Assembly (NCBI GenBank): GCA_031280705.1
Contig: JAITGJ010000104.1
Span: 1 to 33,452 of the forward strand
Direction of reading: 5' to 3'
Length of the DNA: 33,452 nt
DNA from: Spirochaetaceae bacterium
GTDB taxonomy: Bacteria > Spirochaetota > Spirochaetia > Treponematales > Breznakiellaceae
In this document: positions 17,635 through 25,097 of the stretch, one piece after another
How positions within the stretch are numbered: position 1 is the first letter of the stretch
Layout of the letters: each line of letters starts with the position of its first letter
Made by a program: the position numbers and the translations under genes
Notes under the pieces: generated by a model
Told to the model about the DNA's origin: nothing
The model's input: only the letters and a program-made list of their open reading frames with translations
Databases searched by the model: none

Positions 17635-18477
17635 TCATTCCTCGTAGTCGATATTGATCAGTTCTTCCTCCCCGTCTTCTTCGTCGTAATCTTCATCATC
17701 TATATCGTCAAGGTCCGCGAGACTCCCCGCGTCATCGGCGTCAAAATAATCTTCTTCGCCGTCTTCGGACTCCTCATAATAGAGGATGCGGGAACAGTAG
17801 GGACAGAAAACAATATCCTCCCCCATGCGTACCTGGTTGGCAAACTGGATGGGAAGGATCATGTGGCAGCCCATACAGACATTTCCCCGGATGGCCACGA
17901 TGCCCCGGCCCATTTTGTTGCGGATAATCCGCTCGAATTTAAAGAGAACTTCCGGGTCCATATCAAGGTTGAGGTTTTTTTCCGCCTCTTCCAGTTCCCG
18001 GACCTTCGCGGTTTTTTCCGCCACCTGACGTTCCACCCCCGAACGGAGTTCCGCGAGCTCGGCTTCCTGCTGTTCGATGAGGCCCGCGCTCTGGTCCATC
18101 TGTTCTTTCAGGTCCGCAAGCAGGCGCTCTTCTTTTTGGAGGTCCTTGCGGTACTGTGCCTCCCGGTCGGCGGCGTCGCGGATTTCCTTGTCCAGCGCCT
18201 CGTATTCCCGCTGCGTGGTGATGGTGTCCATATTCTTTTCGGCGTGTTCCCGCGCCTGTTCCGCCTGAATAAGGAGTTCCCGGAATTCCGCCTCATGGGT
18301 TTTGGCCTTGTTGTACTCCTGATCCTTCTCGATGAACGACTTTTTGAGCCGGGAGAGAAGTTCTTCCTGCGTGGTAAGAATTTTGGGTATTTCGCTGACT
18401 TCCTGTTCAAGCACAATTTTCTGGGAAAGAATTTCCTGCAGGCCCCGCAGTTTTCCCAAAATTTCTTCCATGGTCAT
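17635..18477 (-). CDS. Coiled-coil C4 zinc-ribbon protein (COG1579/DUF164-like) with a polyacidic C-terminal tail
   Basis: 280 aa. A long heptad-rich Glu/Lys/Gln region is followed by CMGCHMILP...FCPYCSRILY (CxxC...CxxC) and then the tail DDAGSLADLDDIDDEDYDEEDGEEELINIDYEE. Confidence 0.8.
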   Translation of the reverse strand: MTMEEILGKLRGLQEILSQKIVLEQEVSEIPKILTTQEELLSRLKKSFIEKDQEYNKAKTHEAEFRELLIQAEQAREHAEKNMDTITTQREYEALDKEIRDAADREAQYRKDLQKEERLLADLKEQMDQSAGLIEQQEAELAELRSGVERQVAEKTAKVRELEEAEKNLNLDMDPEVLFKFERIIRNKMGRGIVAIRGNVCMGCHMILPIQFANQVRMGEDIVFCPYCSRILYYEESEDGEEDYFDADDAGSLADLDDIDDEDYDEEDGEEELINIDYEE

Positions 18478-18550
18478 ACAGTTCCCCTTGCTATGCGATA
18501 CCGGTCCGGCGCGCCGGTTTCAAAATTTCCGGTTGACACATTACTATATC

Positions 18551-18578
18551 AAAAAGGGGCCGGACCGAAAAGTCCCCC
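18551..18578 (-). terminator. Possible intrinsic terminator after rpoD
   Basis: The minus strand reads GGGGGAC-UUUUCG-GUCC-GG-CCCC followed by UUUUU. The stem is imperfect (4+3 bp with a bulge). It begins 45 nt after the rpoD stop. Confidence 0.35.
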
Positions 18579-18622
18579 GCTTTTTGTCGGATTATGGTCC
18601 GGTTGAATAAATCAGTGCTTCC

Positions 18623-20359
18623 CTAGTGGTCCAGATAATCCTTGAGACGCCGGCTCCGTTTGGGGTGCCGTAAGCGCCGCAAGGCCTTTGCCTCAATCTG
18701 GCGGATGCGTTCCCGCGTAACATTAAAGTAGAGGCCCACCTCTTCAAGCGTGAGGGAATAACCGTCGTCAAGGCCGAAACGCATCTTGAGGACCTCCTGT
18801 TCGCGCGCCGGCAGCGTGGAAAGAACGGAGGCCACCTGTTCCTGAAGCAAAATGAACGCCGTCTGGTTGGAGGGATTTTCCACGTCCTTGTCTTCGATAA
18901 AGTCCCCGAGGGAGGAATCCTCTTCCTCTCCGATGGGTGTTTCAAGGCTGATCGGTTCCCGCGCGACATTTTTGACGCTCTTGACCCGCTGGGAGCCCCA
19001 GCCCAGCCGCGCGGCGATTTCCTCGTCCGTGGGTTCCCGGCCCAAAGCCTGCATAAGCGCCCGGCCTTCCCGGGAAACTTTGTTGATCTGCTCGATCATG
19101 TGGACCGGGACGCGGATCGTCCGCGCCTGATCGGAAATGGAACGGGTGATCGCCTGCCGGATCCACCAGGTGGCGTAGGTGGAAAATTTGAAGCCTTTTT
19201 TGTATTCGAATTTTTCCACCGCCTTGATAAGGCCGATATTTCCCTCCTGGACGAGATCGAAAAAGTGAAGTCCCCGGTTGGTGTATTTTTTTGCGATGGA
19301 AACCACGAGGCGCAGATTTGCCTTGATGAGCCGGTCCTTGGCGTTCTTCATCATTACCCGGCCCCGGCTTATTTCCCGCGCCATCTGGTTGATGCTTTCA
19401 ATGGATTCTTCGAATTCCGCTTCCATATTGCGGAGTTTTTTTTCGGTAACCTGAATATGGCGGATCAGTTCCTTGATCTCTTCGGAAGGCATCTCCAGTT
19501 CGGTTTCCAGCCGCTCCCGTTCCTCCCGGACGGTAAGGCCCCGGCCCAGGGCGCGCAGTTCCTTAAGGGAGCCGACACGGAGTTTTTTTTCGATGCGTTC
19601 CTGCTCCTTCCGGTACTTTTTGATGCGTTTTGCCGCCTGGACGAATTTTTCGGAAAACCCGGTAATTTCCTCGGGATGGATTTCGGCCTTTTCAATAACC
19701 GCGAGAATATCGCCCCGGAGGGACACCAGTTCGGGCTCCCTGAAAATATCCCCCCCCCGGGCGATGACGCGCTTTTTGAGTTCCATAAAACTTTTGATGT
19801 TCGCGCCCGCGGACTGGAGGGTGTCTTTGTAGAACTGGTTGAGCCGCCGCCGTTCGGAAAGGTACTCCGAAATTTCCTTTTTGGTATAATTGAGTTCACG
19901 GGGATCTTTTTTGACCCGCTGGGCGATGTGGTAAAATTCGGGGATGATCATGCCGGATTTCCGGATCACATCTTTGATGATATTTTCCCCGTCTTCCATC
20001 TGCCGGGAAAGCTCGATTTCCTGCTCCGCCGTCAGGAGGTTTTCCCGTCCGATTTCCCGGAGGTAGAGCCGTACCGGATCGTCCACGGAGGACGTTTCCT
20101 TCTCGCTGTAAACAAGCCGTTTCTTTTCCCCTTCCGGCTGTTTCCGCGCCGCCGCGCCGCTTTCTTCCTCCGCGCCCCCGTCTTCGTCAATAAGCTGGAT
20201 GTTGTTCGCCTCAAGCAGGGAAAGAACTTCTTCTATCTTGTCCGTATTGGCAATATGCTCGGGAAGATAATCGGAAAGTTCCTCGTAGGAAAGACTTTTT
20301 TTCTCTTTTGCCAATTCAATCAGTTTCTGAACAGCGGGATCAAGCTGTAATTCACTCAT
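18623..20359 (-). CDS. rpoD: Primary RNA polymerase sigma factor (sigma-70)
   Basis: 578 aa with region 1.1 ([22 protein letters not shown]), region 2 ([48 protein letters not shown]) and region 4 ([30 protein letters not shown]). Confidence 0.95.
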   Translation of the reverse strand: MSELQLDPAVQKLIELAKEKKSLSYEELSDYLPEHIANTDKIEEVLSLLEANNIQLIDEDGGAEEESGAAARKQPEGEKKRLVYSEKETSSVDDPVRLYLREIGRENLLTAEQEIELSRQMEDGENIIKDVIRKSGMIIPEFYHIAQRVKKDPRELNYTKKEISEYLSERRRLNQFYKDTLQSAGANIKSFMELKKRVIARGGDIFREPELVSLRGDILAVIEKAEIHPEEITGFSEKFVQAAKRIKKYRKEQERIEKKLRVGSLKELRALGRGLTVREERERLETELEMPSEEIKELIRHIQVTEKKLRNMEAEFEESIESINQMAREISRGRVMMKNAKDRLIKANLRLVVSIAKKYTNRGLHFFDLVQEGNIGLIKAVEKFEYKKGFKFSTYATWWIRQAITRSISDQARTIRVPVHMIEQINKVSREGRALMQALGREPTDEEIAARLGWGSQRVKSVKNVAREPISLETPIGEEEDSSLGDFIEDKDVENPSNQTAFILLQEQVASVLSTLPAREQEVLKMRFGLDDGYSLTLEEVGLYFNVTRERIRQIEAKALRRLRHPKRSRRLKDYLDH

Positions 20360-22254
20360 GCGCCCTTTTCCTTTAACTTTTTCAGTTCTTCGTCAAGATG
20401 CAGTTTTTCGGCGAGCAGATCCGCGAGGCTCCGCCGGCCCGGAACCATCACGCCCTCGCCCCGTTGGGTACGTAGTTCGATCACTATCTCTTTTTGACGG
20501 CGGACAAGGCTTGCTTCCCTGACCTTCCGCACGCCGTCGGCCATAAGCGTCCCGGGATTGCCGGAAAACGCCCCGCGCGCATGCTGTTCAAGCACATAAT
20601 TCCGCAGAGAGACGCTGCCGATCCGGTCCAGCAGTTCCCGGGGGAGTCCCGCGCTTTCGGGGGGCTCCGTACCGGTTTCCGCTTCGGCGGCGTCATTTCT
20701 CCACCATTCCTCAAGCGCGATATACAGTTCCTTCGCTCCCGGATCCTCCAATTCATCCATCGGCAAAAGTGAGCGGAATTTTGCGTACAACCGGTGATTG
20801 ACAAAAACCGCGGCAAGCAAAAAAAGCTCGTAATTCGTTTCGACAGGACGTCCCGCGCCGACGTTTCCGGCCGCGCCGCCGGCGTTATCGCCATAACGAA
20901 CCCCGCCCGCCGCGTCCCGGGCGTACCGGCGGAAATCCGCGCGAAGGTCTTCCCGCCCGGCCCCGATTACGTCCGCTATCTGGTCAAGACAGGCTTCCCG
21001 GGCAATGTCTGAATTCGCCGTTTCGGCCCAGGGAAACAAAAAAAGCGCCGCCCCGGCCTTCCCTTCCGGAGAGGCCATATTGTAGCCTGAACGCGCCCGT
21101 TCGACAAGATAGTCAAAGTCTAATATAGTGTTTTTTACACACTTTTTCAACAAATCCGGGCCGAAATTTTTGAGGATATCGGCGCTGTCCTTGGGCGCGG
21201 CGTTTCCGGCGAAACCGGCGGCATTTTCCCGCGCCAGGGCGCGGGAAGGCAGGGCGGCCCGCACCGCAAGGCCGTTTTTCCGGCAGACGAGGATCGCCTT
21301 GACCATGGCGTTTTGTCCCGCGTCATCGGCGTCAAACACCAGGCAGACCGTATCGGCCCAGCGTTTGAGCAGCTTCGCCTGGCTTTCGGTAAAGGCCGTT
21401 CCCAGGGGAGCCACGGCGTTGGTTACCTCCGCCTGGTGGAGCGCGATAACGTCCATGTATCCCTCGGCCAGGTATACGGTTTTGGACGCGCGGATTTCAG
21501 GCAGCGCGCCGTCAAGGGCAAACAGCGTCTCGCCCTTGCGGTAAATCTCCGTTTCCGGGGAGTTGAGATATTTGGCCCCCTCTCCATCCAGGAGCCGCCC
21601 GCCAAAGGCGATGACTTCCCCGTTCCGGTCCGTTACGGGAAACATGAGCCGGCTGGAAAAAAGCGGCGATTGGGGGTAATTCCGGGAAAAAAGCCCTGAG
21701 GCGGCGAGCAATTCCGCGGAATACCCCTTGCCGGAGAGAAACCGGTACAGCCACGACCGGTCCCGGGGCGCGTAACCCAGGCGGAACCGTTCCATCATGG
21801 CGGGGCTGACGCCCCGGTCCCGCACGTACCGCTTTGCCGCGTCCCCTTCGGCGGTTTCCATCAGCATATAATGAAAACTTCCCGCAATACGTTTATACAG
21901 TCCCTTTAGATCATCCTTTCGTGAGGGCCCGGCGCGCTCCGCCCGTTCCCCTCCCCCGCCTTCGTAGATCAGTTCCACGCCCGATTTTTTGGCGATCAGC
22001 ACGACGGCTTCGGGGTAAGAGAGTTTGTCCATTTCCATCACAAAATCTATGACCGTCCCCCCCTTGTTGCAGCCGAAACAGTAAAAGAGTTTCCGGTCCG
22101 GGTCCACGGTAAAGGAAGGGGTTTTTTCATGGTGAAACGGGCAAGCGCCCCAGTAGCGGCCGCTGCGCTTTTCCAGCTTGACGTATTCGGCAACGACGGC
22201 TACCGCGTCAAGCCGGTTGTTCAATTCCCTGATCGACGCTTCGGCGATCCGCAT
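20356..22254 (-). CDS. dnaG: DNA primase
   Basis: 632 aa with the zinc-finger region [34 protein letters not shown] and the TOPRIM region ([13 protein letters not shown]...[14 protein letters not shown]). It overlaps rpoD by 4 nt. Confidence 0.95.
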   Translation of the reverse strand: MRIAEASIRELNNRLDAVAVVAEYVKLEKRSGRYWGACPFHHEKTPSFTVDPDRKLFYCFGCNKGGTVIDFVMEMDKLSYPEAVVLIAKKSGVELIYEGGGGERAERAGPSRKDDLKGLYKRIAGSFHYMLMETAEGDAAKRYVRDRGVSPAMMERFRLGYAPRDRSWLYRFLSGKGYSAELLAASGLFSRNYPQSPLFSSRLMFPVTDRNGEVIAFGGRLLDGEGAKYLNSPETEIYRKGETLFALDGALPEIRASKTVYLAEGYMDVIALHQAEVTNAVAPLGTAFTESQAKLLKRWADTVCLVFDADDAGQNAMVKAILVCRKNGLAVRAALPSRALARENAAGFAGNAAPKDSADILKNFGPDLLKKCVKNTILDFDYLVERARSGYNMASPEGKAGAALFLFPWAETANSDIAREACLDQIADVIGAGREDLRADFRRYARDAAGGVRYGDNAGGAAGNVGAGRPVETNYELFLLAAVFVNHRLYAKFRSLLPMDELEDPGAKELYIALEEWWRNDAAEAETGTEPPESAGLPRELLDRIGSVSLRNYVLEQHARGAFSGNPGTLMADGVRKVREASLVRRQKEIVIELRTQRGEGVMVPGRRSLADLLAEKLHLDEELKKLKEKGA

Positions 22255-23390
22255 CAGTTTCCCTTGACGTAGAGGCCCGCCGCGCGTATATGCTCGTCAA
22301 AATTCCGGGAAAAATAATGCCGTCCCTCGGCGCCGTTCACCAGGCGGAAGTAAAGATAATCGCTTTCCACGGGGTAAAAGGCCGCCTCAAGCGCGATATG
22401 GCCGGGCGCGGAAATGGGTCCCGGCGGCAGACCCGCCCGGGCATAGGTATTGTAGGGATCGGGAATCGCCGTGTCCCGGTCATAGAGGACGCGCGGGTGG
22501 GGCTTCCCCTGAATTTCGGTGATCACGTACTCAACCGTGGCGCAGGACTGGAGCGCCATGCCGATGGAAAGGCGGTTGTAAAAGACGCCGGCCATGAGCG
22601 GGGCCTCATCGTCCACCCGGTACTCCCGCTCGACTATCGAGGCGAGAATCACCTTTTTGTTGAGTTCTTCCGGGCTTAAGGCGTAGTACCCGGGGAAAAC
22701 GTTTTCAAGCCGGCGCCAAAAATTATCCGCCATGGCGCGTACCACCTGCCGGGCGGGCCATGCCGCGGGGAACAGGTAGGTGTCCGGGTACAAATACCCT
22801 TCCATGGTGAGGCCCGGAATCCGGTATTCGGCGAGAAGGGACGGGTCAGACGCGGCTTCGAGAAACGCGGTCCCGTCGCAAACAGCGGCCTCCTCAAGCA
22901 GAGACGCGATTTTTTTCAGGGTAACGCCTTCGGGAACGGTTACCCGCGCGAGAATTTCGCGCCCGGCGACCAACAGCGAACGGATACGGAGCTGGGGGGC
23001 GGGGAATTCAAAGCGGTACATCCCCGTTTTAACAAATTCACCGTCGTAGCGGGAAAGGAGATTCCAGAAATACCGGCTCCGGATAACGCCCGCTTTTTCA
23101 AGGCGCTGGCCGACGGCAAAGGAACTTTCGCCCGGACGCACTTCGATAAAAACGGTCCGGTCGTCCTCAAAACGCAGGGTACCGGTGTTGAAAAGGTCCC
23201 GCTGGACCGGGGAGGGAAGGCCGGGCGGGGAATTCCAGTAGAGGAGGAGCGCGATAAGGCCCCCGCCCGCGCACAGGACGAATCCCAGCGCAAAGCCCGC
23301 AAGGCGAAAACACCGGGCAAGGGGGCCGGGTTTTTTCGCGGACCGGGGCGGCTTACGGGCGCGAACCGCCCGTTTTTTTTCAGGCGTCAC
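22254..23390 (-). CDS. mltG: Endolytic murein transglycosylase MltG (YceG-like)
   Basis: 378 aa with an N-terminal TM anchor and YceG motifs (ILASIVEREY, GLPPGPISAPG). The GTG start overlaps the upstream TGA (GTGA). The stop overlaps the dnaG start by 1 nt. Confidence 0.9.
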   Translation of the reverse strand: MTPEKKRAVRARKPPRSAKKPGPLARCFRLAGFALGFVLCAGGGLIALLLYWNSPPGLPSPVQRDLFNTGTLRFEDDRTVFIEVRPGESSFAVGQRLEKAGVIRSRYFWNLLSRYDGEFVKTGMYRFEFPAPQLRIRSLLVAGREILARVTVPEGVTLKKIASLLEEAAVCDGTAFLEAASDPSLLAEYRIPGLTMEGYLYPDTYLFPAAWPARQVVRAMADNFWRRLENVFPGYYALSPEELNKKVILASIVEREYRVDDEAPLMAGVFYNRLSIGMALQSCATVEYVITEIQGKPHPRVLYDRDTAIPDPYNTYARAGLPPGPISAPGHIALEAAFYPVESDYLYFRLVNGAEGRHYFSRNFDEHIRAAGLYVKGN

Positions 23391-23854
23391 CAGGGGTCTC
23401 CTTCCCGCGTCAGGGGAGGATTACCGCGCTGGGCGGCAAGATACGCCTCGATCTCCGCGCGCGGATGCGGCGCGCCCGCCCCCACGCCGGGGCAGCGGGA
23501 GCGTTCGCTCTCCCACGCCGCGGCCGAAGCGAGGTTCGCGGGCCAGAACGGAAAGGACCGGCACTGAAGGGGCCGCGCCCCGTAAACGGAACAGCCCCCC
23601 TCTTCCCAGAGCACGCAGTCAAAGCTGCGTTTTTCCCGGAGGGAGAGCCGGTACATCCCCCCCTCCGCGGGCACCCAGCGGCAGTAGGCGTCCGTAAAAG
23701 AAGCGGCGCTCAGGTTAAGCGCGCGGGAGAGGGTGTGGAGGTCCTCCCGCGAAAGAAACACGTATCCCGGCTCATGGCGGCAGCAGGAAGAACAGCGGGA
23801 ACAGGAAAAGCGAAGCCCCTTGGCGTAAAACGGTGATTTCGGCATGGATACCAT
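23387..23854 (-). CDS. YkgJ-family cysteine-cluster protein (UPF0153, CxxCxxCC)
   Basis: Motif FSCSRCSSCCRHEPGYVFL lies near the N-terminus. The track ORF extends to a TTG at 23911. I prefer the ATG at 23854 (MVSMPKSPFYAKG...), with the ATG at 23845 also possible. Confidence 0.75.
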   Translation of the reverse strand: MVSMPKSPFYAKGLRFSCSRCSSCCRHEPGYVFLSREDLHTLSRALNLSAASFTDAYCRWVPAEGGMYRLSLREKRSFDCVLWEEGGCSVYGARPLQCRSFPFWPANLASAAAWESERSRCPGVGAGAPHPRAEIEAYLAAQRGNPPLTREGDPW

Positions 23855-23950
23855 GAATCGCGCCCCGGGAAACACGCCGCAAAGCGGCCGGCGTTTCAGG
23901 CGGCGCCGCAAAAGATACGTCTGGCATTCCGGCGGAGTCCAAACAAGTTA

Positions 23951-23979
23951 AGTATACCGCCGCCGGGACAGCCTGGCAA
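23951..23979 (-). promoter_or_regulatory. Sigma-70-type promoter: TTGCCA, 17-bp spacer, TATACT, upstream of ykgJ-mltG-dnaG-rpoD
   Basis: On the minus strand the -35 is TTGCCA (23979-23974), the spacer is exactly 17 nt, and the -10 is TATACT (23956-23951). Two 9-bp direct repeats, GTGTTCACC on the plus strand (23980-23988 and 23994-24002), abut the -35. Confidence 0.5.
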
Positions 23980-24071
23980 GTGTTCACCATCCGGTGTTCA
24001 CCCCGCGAGCCGGGGACGCTTCGCCGCCGGATGTTACGGGAACCGCTCACCTTCAGTTTTTGAACAGGCTC

Positions 24072-24728
24072 TTATGGAACAATCGCCTCTTCAATAGCGC
24101 CCCAGGGACCCTTAATCCCTTCGCGGTCAATTTCCCACCAGCCGCACATAAAAACTTTTTTGCCCCGGTCCGCCTCGCCGAATTCAAGATCGAGCGGGGC
24201 CTTGGTGTCGAATTCCGAATGGGTCAGTTGGGCAATATCAGTAGGCGGCGCGTCCAAAGCCGCCCAGCGGATTTCAACGCCCCGCACGCCGTGGGGCTTA
24301 CCCCGGTGATTTGAACCCTCATCGCGGTAATAGACCAGAATATGCCGCCGCGTTCCGGTGTCCGGCTCCAGTTGCGGGGAAGTCGTGGGCGCGGGAACCG
24401 GGCTTTTGCCGGTTTTGTAAATCGTGATTTCCAGCGCCGCCTTGTCCTCGTCCGTTACCAGCGGAGTATGGGCAAGATAGGCGGCAACGTAGGTTCTGAT
24501 TGCCTTTTCCAGCGTTTTGCGGGTGTCGGTTTTGTGAATCGTGTCGATTTTGCCGTGATTGGGGTTAAGATACGCCTCGAAAGCCGCCTCAAAGTCCGCC
24601 AAAGGCTGTCCGAGCGTGGTCGCTGGGGTGGGAACCTGCCAGCGGGCGAAGTTTTGCAGGGCGAAAGCCGTCAAATTCTTTGCCCAGTCAAGGAATTTTT
24701 CATCGGGACGGGGGATATAATCCGCCAT
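24072..24728 (-). CDS. Hypothetical protein, no recognised domain (helical N-half, beta-rich C-half)
   Basis: 218-aa ORF with ATG preceded by AAAGGAG at 7-nt spacing. No signal peptide or TM helix. It is monocistronic between two operons, and its G+C looks lower than its neighbours by eye. Confidence 0.7.
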   Translation of the reverse strand: MADYIPRPDEKFLDWAKNLTAFALQNFARWQVPTPATTLGQPLADFEAAFEAYLNPNHGKIDTIHKTDTRKTLEKAIRTYVAAYLAHTPLVTDEDKAALEITIYKTGKSPVPAPTTSPQLEPDTGTRRHILVYYRDEGSNHRGKPHGVRGVEIRWAALDAPPTDIAQLTHSEFDTKAPLDLEFGEADRGKKVFMCGWWEIDREGIKGPWGAIEEAIVP

Positions 24729-24743
24729 AGTACGCTCCTTTCG

Positions 24744-24758
24744 GCAATAAATGTGCCG
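24744..24758 (-). promoter_or_regulatory. Candidate sigma-54 (-24/-12) promoter element: CGGCAC-ATTTA-TTGC
   Basis: The minus strand reads GGCAC (24757-24753), N5, TTGC (24747-24744), which has the exact GG-N10-GC spacing. It is the only such match I found in the window. Caveat: the C of the GC dinucleotide is only 16 nt from the ATG, so the predicted transcription start would fall downstream of the Shine-Dalgarno sequence. Confidence 0.4.
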
Positions 24759-24861
24759 CCATGGGCGGAAAACCCGCCTTTTTTACGATTTTTGGGTTAA
24801 AACCCGCTTTAAGCGTAAAGGAACGCGGGGCGCGTGTCAAGGAACGGGAGTCTTGTATCTG

Positions 24862-25001
24862 GATACGCGGGTCCCGTTCCTGGATACGCGGGTCCCGTTC
24901 CTGGATACGCGGGTCCCGTATCTAGATACGCGGGTCCCGTTTCTGGATACGCGGGTCCCGTATCTAGATACGCGGGTCCCGTTTCTGGATACGGGACCCG
25001 C
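24862..25001. repeat. Tandem array of six 21-bp units plus a seventh position with an inverted core
   Basis: GATACGCGGGTCCCGT starts at 24862, 24883, 24904, 24925, 24946 and 24967, an exact 21-bp period. Position 24988 carries GATACGGGACCCGC instead. Confidence 0.95.
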
Positions 25002-25048
25002 TCAACCGGCGATTGCCCGCACGGAAAGCCCGGCATTCCCCGGCCGCC

Positions 25049-25076
25049 GCCATTTTCCGGCGCGCCGGAAAATGGC
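25049..25076. repeat. Perfect 28-bp palindrome (possible U-tract-less terminator or RNA hairpin after the DUF445 gene)
   Basis: GCCATTTTCCGGCG|CGCCGGAAAATGGC is its own reverse complement. It lies 22 nt downstream of the TAG stop at 25098-25100 (minus strand). It overlaps a 13-bp direct repeat, GGCGCGCCGGAAA, at 25059-25071 and 25074-25086. Confidence 0.9.
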
Positions 25077-25097
25077 GCGCCGGAAACGGCGAAGCGC

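Noticed and set aside
17095-17647. Four overlapping ORFs (90-152 aa) between the TPR gene and the zinc-ribbon gene
   Set aside because: The region is fully explained by RNase P RNA on the minus strand. The ORF products are Pro/Arg/Gly-rich with no Shine-Dalgarno sequences.
19750-19758. C9 homopolymer inside rpoD (G9 on the coding strand), and T8 at 23373-23380 (A8 in the first codons of mltG), considered as phase-variation tracts
   Set aside because: Both genes are essential or housekeeping and are in frame here. The tracts are worth remembering only as possible sequencing or assembly error hot spots.
19100-20350. 416-aa plus-strand ORF antisense to rpoD
   Set aside because: rpoD on the minus strand is unambiguous. 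The antisense product is Phe/Leu/Gly-rich low complexity.
24763-24784. Plus-strand terminator-like GGCGG-AAAAC-CCGCC-TTTTTT
   Set aside because: No plus-strand gene lies upstream for more than 17 kb and the stem is only 5 bp. It is more likely just part of the A/T-tract DNA between the repeat array and the promoter of the minus-strand gene.
24862-25001. Possible CRISPR array
   Set aside because: The repeats are head-to-tail with no spacers, the unit is only 21 bp, and no cas genes are present.
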